A DNA stretch of 18,419 bases. It comes from Candidatus Hermodarchaeota archaeon. Its GTDB lineage: Archaea > Asgardarchaeota > Hermodarchaeia > Hermodarchaeales > Hermodarchaeaceae. Both the position numbers and the translations under genes were made by a program. The DNA is taken from NCBI GenBank assembly GCA_016840065.1, contig JAEOTB010000036.1, positions 1-18,419 on the forward strand. Direction: 5' to 3'. Below the pieces are notes generated by a model, which saw only the letters and a program-made list of their open reading frames with translations, was not told the DNA's origin and did not search any database. Numbering within the stretch: position 1 is the stretch's first letter; each line of letters opens with the position of its first letter. Below are positions 7,094-15,352 of this stretch, in pieces.

Positions 7094-7990
7094 CTATTCG
7101 AAGGAGAGTGTGGGGAGGTGTTGACGGATAAACTGGAGCGACTCCTGCGCCTCCTTCATGGTTAATTCAAAGATGATAGCGCCCTTGTAATTTTTCTCCT
7201 GCAGATGAGTGAGTAACTCAGTGGTTGGTAGTTGCCCCTTTCCTAGAGCCTTATGATCTACACGCTTCACGAGTCCTCCTTCAATCACCTGATAACTCCC
7301 GTCATGTAAATGAATCTCGGCGATTCGGTCATAGTATCGCTTCACAAACTCTAGCGTTTCGATAGAACCAGATTGACCAGAAATCAGATGCCCAGTATCA
7401 AGACAGATGGAAGTATCAAGTCGTTCAGCAATCTTCCAGGTCACGTCAAAGGGAAACTCGACGTTTTCCAAGGCAAGACGACGTGGAGGGATTTTCGTCC
7501 GCTTTAATAATTCACGGATGCTTCTCTCTGCCACACTTACAAAATATCCGGCGATGATGCTCTTGAAGAGTTTTGGCAGTTTGAGGCGGCTAAATTCTGC
7601 AGCCAGCGAACCTGTCGCATGCACTACGTAAACCTCTGGTTCAAGGGGTTTCACAAGGTTCACCGCATCTACCAGACAATCTACTGATGCTTGGCGTATG
7701 TATTCGTTGGGACAAGACAGCTCTATCGCCCACAGGGGCAGGTGCGCTGTAAAGGTTAACCCCAGCTCCTCTTTGACTGCTAGAATACGTGCCACGGATT
7801 CCTCAGTTAGCCCTCCTGGTAATACGTACCTAACATCCATTGACAGCTCCATTAAAGAGAAACCCTGCTGGTGAGTTGCACGAAGAATATCTGCGAAGTT
7901 AAACCGGCCGAAATCTAATGCGCATTCGCTCCCCGCTATCTCGATGACATTCGCTAGCTCAAGCGGTGTAATTCCAAAACGCATTATCAA
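7094..7990 (-). CDS. AP-endonuclease-2/xylose-isomerase-like TIM-barrel metalloenzyme, CbiR (cobamide-remodelling phosphodiesterase)-like
   Basis: TAHLP, VVH, LALENVEFP, CLDTGH, EIHLHDG, DHKALG, IIFE metal-binding pattern. The fold is confident; the CbiR subfamily call is tentative. Start TTG 7990 or ATG 7984. Confidence 0.8.
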   Translation of the reverse strand: MIMRFGITPLELANVIEIAGSECALDFGRFNFADILRATHQQGFSLMELSMDVRYVLPGGLTEESVARILAVKEELGLTFTAHLPLWAIELSCPNEYIRQASVDCLVDAVNLVKPLEPEVYVVHATGSLAAEFSRLKLPKLFKSIIAGYFVSVAERSIRELLKRTKIPPRRLALENVEFPFDVTWKIAERLDTSICLDTGHLISGQSGSIETLEFVKRYYDRIAEIHLHDGSYQVIEGGLVKRVDHKALGKGQLPTTELLTHLQEKNYKGAIIFELTMKEAQESLQFIRQHLPTLSFE

Positions 7991-8135
7991 GACGCCCCAA
8001 GCTTTCTATTTTAACAGTAAGGAAGCTATGAAATTCAAGGTCATTAACGTAGCTCTTTAACCAAACATACAAACAGAAAATGTAAAAGGAACCTATACCT
8101 GCTAACCTTCACATTGAATCAGGAGTAGGAAAAAT

Positions 8136-8900
8136 ATGCCTCTTGTAGAACTGGAGAAAGAGAATCAAGTTGCAGTAATCACAATCAATAACCCGCCAGC
8201 GAACGCCCTCAACACCGAGATCTTCAAGACTCTCCGTGAGATGTTTACAGAACTTGACCAGGATGACACAAAGGTCATCATCCTTACTGGTGCAGGTGAC
8301 CGATTCTTCATCGGCGGCGCTGACATCAAACAATTCACAGGTCTTGACGCCAAGACTGCTGAGAAGCTTGCCCGCAAGGGACAGGAATTCACCCTCTTCA
8401 TTGAACAGCTAAGCAAGGTCATAATCGTCGCGGTTAACGGGTTCTGCCTTGGGGGTGGCATGGAAATCTCCCAGGCCTGCGACTTCATAATAGCATCAGA
8501 AAAGGCAAAATTCGGTCAAACCGAAATCAAACTCGGCATCATACCTGGGTGGGGTGGCACCCAACGCCTTCTCCGCTGGATGGACCCACAGCGTGCCCGA
8601 GAACTGATACTAACGGGCGAGATTGTTCCCGCCTCGGAGATGGGATCCTTCTGCTACAAGGTGGTTACCCCCGATCAGCTCCTTCCCACGGCAAAAGAGT
8701 TGGCTCAACGCATCGCCTCTCATGGGCTAGTAGCTGTTAAACTCGCGAAGATGGCGATGAAACAGGCCTTGTACCTGCCACTAGAGGAGGGGTTAAAGCT
8801 GGAGGCTCGCTATTTCGGAGAGACCTTCGCCTCCGAAGATGGCAAAGAGGGCGTAAAGGCCTTTATCGAAAAACGCAAGCCAAAAATTGTTGACCGCTAA
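8136..8900 (+). CDS. Enoyl-CoA hydratase/isomerase (crotonase family), second paralog
   Basis: INNPPANAL, FIGGADI, GGGME and TEI catalytic Glu residues, PGWGGTQRL, EGVKAFIEKRKP; AGGAG/AGGA upstream. Confidence 0.95.
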   Translation: MPLVELEKENQVAVITINNPPANALNTEIFKTLREMFTELDQDDTKVIILTGAGDRFFIGGADIKQFTGLDAKTAEKLARKGQEFTLFIEQLSKVIIVAVNGFCLGGGMEISQACDFIIASEKAKFGQTEIKLGIIPGWGGTQRLLRWMDPQRARELILTGEIVPASEMGSFCYKVVTPDQLLPTAKELAQRIASHGLVAVKLAKMAMKQALYLPLEEGLKLEARYFGETFASEDGKEGVKAFIEKRKPKIVDR

Positions 8901-8932
8901 GGTTAGAATGAGGAGTAGAAGGCTCCTAACCT
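8900..8932 (+). other. 3' stem-loop after the crotonase stop codon
   Basis: AGGTTA-(GAATGA bulge)-GGAG-TAGAAGG-CTCC-TAACCT; no T-tract follows. Confidence 0.3.
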
Positions 8933-8991
8933 GCGTCTAGAGGCTCTAGAGTACATTAAGCCAAGAGATATTAGACTAGACACACTATTCT

Positions 8992-9006
8992 GGAAATGTA
9001 TATAAA
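8992..9006 (+). promoter_or_regulatory. Archaeal BRE-TATA promoter of the giant surface-protein gene
   Basis: GGAAATG followed by TATATAAA (8999-9006), implying a start site near 9030. GGTGG SD at 9077-9081 is 7 nt before ATG 9089. Confidence 0.6.
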
Positions 9007-9088
9007 GTGAGCCCTCGCATTCTTCATTACTCTACATGATAGGCCAGATGGGAGAAGACTAGAATTCTCCATCTATGGTGGTCTCTAC

Positions 9089-12000
9089 ATGCGAAACACC
9101 ACAAAAATCCTAACAATAATATTCTTCCTTTGTACTGTGATGTGCATGGGGACCCAGGCCCCAAGTGGACAGGGGTTAACGCGGGGCTTACCCGCGCCCA
9201 ACTCGCCCCACACAGGGTCTGGAATCACCTTCGATGTATACGAGTTCGCTAAAAACGTAAGCGCACTCTACACAGATGGTGACAACGAAACCGATTTCAC
9301 ATTCAACAGTGCTAACTACCCCACAGGATACGAAGGATACCGAATGCACACAATGGTATCCGGACTGGGCCGAACCTTCGATGCTTTGCAGGGGTTCAAT
9401 GGCGACTTCGATGCGGGTTGGGCTGAACTCGGTGGCAACTGGACGGAAACAACTGACCAGGGTGTCGTGACGAGTATCTACAACACTTCCGGTGGCAGCC
9501 CTGATCAATGTCTCGCCCTCGAAATGAAGGGAGGCAACGTCCGCTGGGGTAAATACAATGAGATAGACGACTGGTTCTACTACATGCCTAGCCTCGAACC
9601 AAGTCTCGCCACTTGTTCATTTAGCATCAAGTACGGCTCTGATTTGACAGGGAAGCTAGAATTCAGTGTCCAACTCTACAGCCCTATTGTATCTCCAAGC
9701 ACCCTTCTGAATGAGTGGGTCTTAGACATCAGTACTCCATGGGCTCCTACCCATGGCTATGACGTCTGGCACAACGAATCCTTCACAACAGACACTTATG
9801 GTATCTCAGGTCCCATCCTTCTCCGAATTAAGGTCTTGAAAGTACACGACAACGGTGCTGTTAAGGGTCATGTGTACTTTGATAACTTCAAATACACACT
9901 CCTCACAGATTGCACACCCACCGAAGTGCAATTAGCCCTAAACGGAACAGCCCTGCAAGACGGACTCCTCAACGATGGTTCAGTCGACATCTACGCTGAT
10001 CCAGCAAACATGACAGAGGCTCCAATGACCAACACTTGGGAAACTGACCAACTCTTCCAATTCACCACAAACGACACTAGCATCCATTACGATTACAACT
10101 ACACAATGTACGTTAAGAGCTTGGACGCTGATGCAGCGACCTCAACCTTTACGGCTCCTGTGGATGAAGATCCCACATGGGAAATCAACTACACTATTCC
10201 TACTACAGGAAGTCCACCTACAACACCGATAGAATATACTGGCTACTGCTATGGAATATTTCTAGATACTGCGTGGACACTAACATCAGTAAGGAATCAC
10301 ACGGGGCACGCAATCTCCACCTATACTTACAATACAACAAGCTACTTTGTCAAGTTAGACGAAGATGTACCCTCTGCCGACGAAACCTTCTCAATATACG
10401 CCTCAAGTTCCAATTACATCTTAGAGATGATACCGCAAAAGGCCGCGTCATCTTCAGGACCGTGGACCAACCTCACATCGGGTGACTACTATATCAAGGG
10501 TGATTGGATGCGAGTCTTGGTCCTACTAAATGATATTGGGGCAGAGACAAAATATGCAAATGTTTCGGTCTTCTATCCGAACAGAGACCTTTGGATGAGT
10601 AATAATACACCAGTATACGACACTTATAGCAATAGCTTTGTTGCTGGCGGTTGGCAAATACCTCAGCTTGTGAATGCGAGCGATGCCGGTAGAACCGCTG
10701 GGAGTGATTGGCTAATAACGGCTACCTTTAACACAAACAAACAGTCAGGCATGCGAGAAAAAAGCATGACTGCAGCCATCGAAACATATGGCACAAAGAT
10801 TGCGCCTAACGATGGACTACGGGTTATCTGGGGAGACACCATCACCGTAAATGCAACTTGGACAAACCAGGACAACAGCGTAAACATCACAGACGCCTCA
10901 CTTGCACGTATTCGGTTCATCGACCGCTACTCGCAAATCCAGTACGTTGTGATGTCCCCCAACGGTTACGGCTCATACTCAACGGACTTAGCAACCGACC
11001 TTATGACTCCTGACCGTACTGCCCAATTCCAAGTGGAAATGTTCGGGTATGGCTATGTCAATGTTAGTTACGACGAAGGAACACACCTCTCCTACACCAT
11101 CAACCTCGTCAACGACCTTGATTTAATCATGGTCAAACCTACTCAGAAGGTTGGTGAGAACTACGAAGCCGAAACCACGTCTGTTGCAGGATATGTTAGC
11201 CAAGTCAGGTTCTATGACACCTATCAAGAAGACTATGTTCAGAACGCATCAATCTGGATAAATACTGAAGTTGTTTACAACTACTACGAGGATACCGGAA
11301 GCGGTTTCGGTGGTGTAATCTCTACAGGTAGTTTCATCCCCGATGCAGCTGATCCTACGTTGTACGAAAGGAACGACACCTCCTATACTGGTGTAGCTCG
11401 AGTTAAGTACGAGTGCAACATGACAATCACCAATCCCTCCACTTGGGATTATGAACAGCAGAACTTTACCATAATAATCTGGATTGTACAATTCCAGACC
11501 AATCTTGATGCGATACGCACAACAGTAACCTATCCTCCAACTGGTACTGGCGATGGATGGACCCAATACGACGCCGCCTCTGATGGCTACGAAGTCAATG
11601 TCTACTGGAGGGAGAAGCTCAACATCACAGTATACTATACCAATGAATCGACTGGTCAAGGTATTGGTGATGCAAGTGCAAACCTCACAATTGACACAAG
11701 TATGTCCAGTATGTCAAACGTAGGTGGAGGATATTACTACTACTCCTTGAATACATCAACTGTCGGCATCGGTTCAACAGATTTGTATGTGAACGCTACT
11801 CGCGCTGAACATGCAACTCAGACCATAAAGATTCGACTCATTGTTGTAGCGCGCGCGACAACACTAACCAAGGACCAACCAGGTTCAACCAAGACATTAC
11901 CCTACGACGAGGATTTCGCCATAGTCTTCACCTACCAGGATAGCGTTCCTACAGTACCCGATCCTCTTGAAAACGCTACAGGAGAAGTGGGATGCACTGT

Positions 12001-15000
12001 TACAGGATATATCACGGGCTACTACACCATTCAAGGCCACGGCGATGGAACCTACACAGTGACATTCTTCGGCAACCTCACAGAAACTACCTACTATGTA
12101 ACCATAGCCTTCACTCGAACCAATCACACTGGTCAGAGTCAATACTTCGAAATCACAATTCGTGAAGTGTACACAACAAGCTACGGCTCTGCCGATCCCG
12201 CCTCTGTAGCTTGGGGTGACAATGTTAGCATCACATTAAATTACAACGACACTGACCACAGCTATGCAGGCATTGATGGAGCTACAATCTCCTTCACATG
12301 GCAAGATGATATCGCTGGAGTTGACTACTGGATAACTGACAACAACGACGGTACCTACACTATCTTATTGAGCACATTGAAGGTAGCATCAGGCACACAG
12401 AACTTCCTGATAACGTTCGAATCATCAAAAACTCACTACGAAAACGCTACGGCAATGGTATCCTTCCAAGTCCGAGATATACTATCAGCCCTCTACATTG
12501 TATCCATCGAACCAGGTACGTCTGTACCTTGGGGCGACACTATGACAATCGTCTTGACCTACAATGACACAGAACACAGTTACATACCAATTATTGGCGC
12601 TGTGATTAGCTGTGATTGGGACACATTCTATTGGAGCTTTGCGTACAACGCTACAGACCAGACCTACATACTAACAATCAATACAGCGAGTCAAAACGAA
12701 GGCAGTTACTCCCTACACATCTATGCCAATTGTGATCACTACACAACTGGAATGACCATCCAGTCCTTTGTAATCCGTGAAATACAGACAGGCTTTACTG
12801 TTGATCCAGTATATGTTGGAGCTCACCCGTGGGGTGACAACATCACATTCACCCTAGTGTACTTGGACCTCGACCACGGTGGGAACATCACTCTTGCCGA
12901 AATTGAAACGGACTGGGATCCTGGTTACTTCACCTTCTACTGGTATCTTAATGGTTCCTACGCGATGGAACTCGATACAACTTGTAAAGGTTTAGGAATC
13001 TACTCGGTCGAATTCGTACTCTACCGAAACCACTATGCTAACGCTACGGTCACAGTCCAGATAGTCATCATCCCCCGACCGCTCTTTGTGGCAGTACTCT
13101 CTACTTCACCCGTGACTGTTGATTATGGAGGTGACGTCGTTGTCACCGTTCAAATCACTGACCATCACGGATACCGTATCAACGATTCCACGACAGTATT
13201 CCGCTGGGGAGGCCATGCAGATGTAGCTATGTCCTTTATCGGCAATGGTGTTTGGAACGTGACCTTTACCGCGAACGAAACTATAGGCACCTACATTGTT
13301 ATTGTAGAAACAAGTAAAACTTACCACCAGACAGCTATAGGCTCCGTCACATTGAACATCTTACCAATCGGCACAACATTGACCATCCTAAACGGCACTA
13401 TTACTATCCTTGTTGGAGACACCTTCCAAATCATGGCGAACTTCACTGATGAACACGGTACTCCACTCACTAGTGATGTAACCATGTTCTTCACCTGGGC
13501 TGACAAACCGACAGAATACTTCACTCATCTTGGTGATATTCTAGGCAGCGCCTACAACGGGATGTACAATGCAACGCTAAACAGTACCGGTCTCTCCTAT
13601 GGCGTAACGTACATTGTCACTGTCATTGGACTCTGCCCCAACCACGTGGATGGGTTCGATGTAATTTCAGTAAACGTAATTGCAATGCCTGTCAGTCTCG
13701 AGATAGACTTTCCACACCTTGATGTCCCCTGGGGTGAAAACTTCACTATTGAAGTCTACTTCAACAATACCTACAGTAACTCACCCGTAACTGGTGCGTT
13801 AATAATCTGGCACTGGGATGGTGAAATGGGATACTTCATTGAAGGGGTACCCCCATCACCTGGCTCAATACCACCAGCTGCTGGCGACTATTACATCACA
13901 CTCCAAACAGACCAAATGACTGTGGGTGAAGGATATTCATTGGTTGTTGAAGTCGACCATCCAGGTATGCAATACACCAAGGTTGCCATAGACGTCAGTG
14001 TTATCGCGACGCCAACGCTACTCGACGAAGAATACGCCCAATCCTACTACGGACCAACAGGCTACATAGACCTTGAGCCCATATACGAGGCTCCAATCGG
14101 TGATGAACTTCACGTCTACTACAACTTCAGCTATGAAAACGGAGACCCAGTTACAACTGGTGCAGCTACCTACTACTGTACCTTCGACACCGGTAACCTC
14201 GAATATAACGCGACTGAATTATTCTGGTGCGCCAAAATCGATCTCACAGGAGTACCAGTAGGACTCTACACCCTCAATGTACTCTTCGTTGTTCCCAACC
14301 ACGAAACGGGTTCGATGGACATAGACTTCCGTGTGATTGAAGTGCCAACACAGGTTCGACTTGATACATCTCTTGAAATCGCTACTACAAATAACACAAT
14401 AGAAGTATTTACTGGAACACCTTTCGACTTCAAAGTCATCTACTGGGATACCCACCACGACATACCTATCTCCGAAGCTCTAGTCAGATTCGAAAGTACC
14501 AATCTCTGGGCTCAAACGGATATGACAGACAGCGGCAACGGATATTACACTGCTAGCGGTCTAAGCGTCGCTATTGATGGATCCTATCGTATAGACATCT
14601 CGGCTCAGGGTGAAACAAAACACGCTCAAGGACAAATGACCATAACACTGGTAGTCAAGACTCACCCACTTGTGGCCCTTGGCTTCCAGAGCGGACTCCT
14701 AATCGCGCTGATTGGGTTGATGATAATCATCGGATGGCTCATCTACACCCGACTCTTCGCTATTCCATGGTTCGTCCGCAAATGCCGGAGCATGGCTCGC
14801 ACCATTGGTCGAGGCAAGCACCCCCACCTCTCTGACCGCGACCGCCAGCGCCTACCCCAGCGACCGGTCCAGATGATAGACATCGTGGACGACAGCTACG
14901 ACACAATCGGAGTCAAAGTCACAGCAGCGATGATTCCTGCCGCCCTCGCCCTTGAGGAGCGGGAGGCAGAAGATGATGTCATCTGGCGAGAGCTAGAAGC

Positions 15001-15328
15001 ACTGGAGGGTCTTGGCCCTGAGCAGAAACGAGAACTCTTCGAGGAGATGCGCCGCATCCCTGCAAAGGACCGAGTCTGGTTCCTAGAAGACCTCAAACGC
15101 CAGCTAGCCGACGGCACACGCTTCGCCCACACAACAGCAGACGCAGCTCGCGAGGCACCACCAGAGACTGTTGCACCATCAGGGGTTGATCCCGCCATCG
15201 CAGCGCGGGTGGAGGCCCTCAAGACACTCGGCCCAGAAGAGAAGCAGGCAATCCTAGCACAGCTAAGCACTCTCTCCAAGGCTGAACAAGAAGCAGTCAT
15301 CATGACCCTCGAAGAGGGCGAAAGCTAG
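9089..15328 (+). CDS. Giant (2079 aa) type-I membrane surface glycoprotein with tandem Ig-like repeats and a cytoplasmic helical tail
   Basis: N-terminal signal peptide (MRNTTKILTIIFFLCTVMCMG); Thr/Tyr/Asp/Asn-rich beta ectodomain with roughly 50 N-x-S/T sequons by manual count; single TM GLLIALIGLMIIIGWLIY (aa 1869-1886) followed by a basic patch (RK, R, R, RGK); charged helical C-terminal tail. Confidence 0.9.
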   Translation: MRNTTKILTIIFFLCTVMCMGTQAPSGQGLTRGLPAPNSPHTGSGITFDVYEFAKNVSALYTDGDNETDFTFNSANYPTGYEGYRMHTMVSGLGRTFDALQGFNGDFDAGWAELGGNWTETTDQGVVTSIYNTSGGSPDQCLALEMKGGNVRWGKYNEIDDWFYYMPSLEPSLATCSFSIKYGSDLTGKLEFSVQLYSPIVSPSTLLNEWVLDISTPWAPTHGYDVWHNESFTTDTYGISGPILLRIKVLKVHDNGAVKGHVYFDNFKYTLLTDCTPTEVQLALNGTALQDGLLNDGSVDIYADPANMTEAPMTNTWETDQLFQFTTNDTSIHYDYNYTMYVKSLDADAATSTFTAPVDEDPTWEINYTIPTTGSPPTTPIEYTGYCYGIFLDTAWTLTSVRNHTGHAISTYTYNTTSYFVKLDEDVPSADETFSIYASSSNYILEMIPQKAASSSGPWTNLTSGDYYIKGDWMRVLVLLNDIGAETKYANVSVFYPNRDLWMSNNTPVYDTYSNSFVAGGWQIPQLVNASDAGRTAGSDWLITATFNTNKQSGMREKSMTAAIETYGTKIAPNDGLRVIWGDTITVNATWTNQDNSVNITDASLARIRFIDRYSQIQYVVMSPNGYGSYSTDLATDLMTPDRTAQFQVEMFGYGYVNVSYDEGTHLSYTINLVNDLDLIMVKPTQKVGENYEAETTSVAGYVSQVRFYDTYQEDYVQNASIWINTEVVYNYYEDTGSGFGGVISTGSFIPDAADPTLYERNDTSYTGVARVKYECNMTITNPSTWDYEQQNFTIIIWIVQFQTNLDAIRTTVTYPPTGTGDGWTQYDAASDGYEVNVYWREKLNITVYYTNESTGQGIGDASANLTIDTSMSSMSNVGGGYYYYSLNTSTVGIGSTDLYVNATRAEHATQTIKIRLIVVARATTLTKDQPGSTKTLPYDEDFAIVFTYQDSVPTVPDPLENATGEVGCTVTGYITGYYTIQGHGDGTYTVTFFGNLTETTYYVTIAFTRTNHTGQSQYFEITIREVYTTSYGSADPASVAWGDNVSITLNYNDTDHSYAGIDGATISFTWQDDIAGVDYWITDNNDGTYTILLSTLKVASGTQNFLITFESSKTHYENATAMVSFQVRDILSALYIVSIEPGTSVPWGDTMTIVLTYNDTEHSYIPIIGAVISCDWDTFYWSFAYNATDQTYILTINTASQNEGSYSLHIYANCDHYTTGMTIQSFVIREIQTGFTVDPVYVGAHPWGDNITFTLVYLDLDHGGNITLAEIETDWDPGYFTFYWYLNGSYAMELDTTCKGLGIYSVEFVLYRNHYANATVTVQIVIIPRPLFVAVLSTSPVTVDYGGDVVVTVQITDHHGYRINDSTTVFRWGGHADVAMSFIGNGVWNVTFTANETIGTYIVIVETSKTYHQTAIGSVTLNILPIGTTLTILNGTITILVGDTFQIMANFTDEHGTPLTSDVTMFFTWADKPTEYFTHLGDILGSAYNGMYNATLNSTGLSYGVTYIVTVIGLCPNHVDGFDVISVNVIAMPVSLEIDFPHLDVPWGENFTIEVYFNNTYSNSPVTGALIIWHWDGEMGYFIEGVPPSPGSIPPAAGDYYITLQTDQMTVGEGYSLVVEVDHPGMQYTKVAIDVSVIATPTLLDEEYAQSYYGPTGYIDLEPIYEAPIGDELHVYYNFSYENGDPVTTGAATYYCTFDTGNLEYNATELFWCAKIDLTGVPVGLYTLNVLFVVPNHETGSMDIDFRVIEVPTQVRLDTSLEIATTNNTIEVFTGTPFDFKVIYWDTHHDIPISEALVRFESTNLWAQTDMTDSGNGYYTASGLSVAIDGSYRIDISAQGETKHAQGQMTITLVVKTHPLVALGFQSGLLIALIGLMIIIGWLIYTRLFAIPWFVRKCRSMARTIGRGKHPHLSDRDRQRLPQRPVQMIDIVDDSYDTIGVKVTAAMIPAALALEEREAEDDVIWRELEALEGLGPEQKRELFEEMRRIPAKDRVWFLEDLKRQLADGTRFAHTTADAAREAPPETVAPSGVDPAIAARVEALKTLGPEEKQAILAQLSTLSKAEQEAVIMTLEEGES
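11597..14660 (+). repeat. About 10 tandem ~100-aa Ig-like beta-sandwich repeats (protein level), plus a more distant copy near aa 581
   Basis: Recurring V-x-(W/Y)-G-(D/E)…Y-x-D-x-x-H…I-x-x-A…W…(D/N)-G-x-Y-x-I-x-L-x-T…H-Y. Anchor residues are at aa 840, 939, 1042, 1148, 1248, 1346, 1442, 1548, 1670 and 1775 (spacing 96-122 aa). Confidence 0.8.
14981..15310 (+). repeat. Duplicated 38-aa helical module in the cytoplasmic tail
   Basis: IWRELEALEGLGPEQKRELFEEMRRIPAKDRVWFLEDL (14981-15094) versus IAARVEALKTLGPEEKQAILAQLSTLSKAEQEAVIMTL (15197-15310): ungapped, 10/38 identical, with a conserved hydrophobic pattern. Confidence 0.85.
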
Positions 15329-15352
15329 CCAACATCTCAGTCGAACACAAAA

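Noticed and set aside
8901-9088. Clustering of CTAG tetramers in intergenic gaps (also 1037-1121)
   Set aside because: CTAG occurs throughout the window; without genome-wide counts no enrichment can be claimed.
11597-14660. DNA-level tandem repeat, CRISPR array or diversity-generating retroelement target in the giant gene
   Set aside because: Repeats are visible only at protein level. No identical spaced direct repeats, no TR/VR pair and no reverse transcriptase were seen in the window.
14896-15303. 135-aa antisense ORF and the other short overlapping ORFs in the track (e.g. 172-459, 2436-2756, 9188-9508, 11249-11659, 16054-16359)
   Set aside because: They are shadows of confident genes, with Ser/Arg-rich or motif-free translations.
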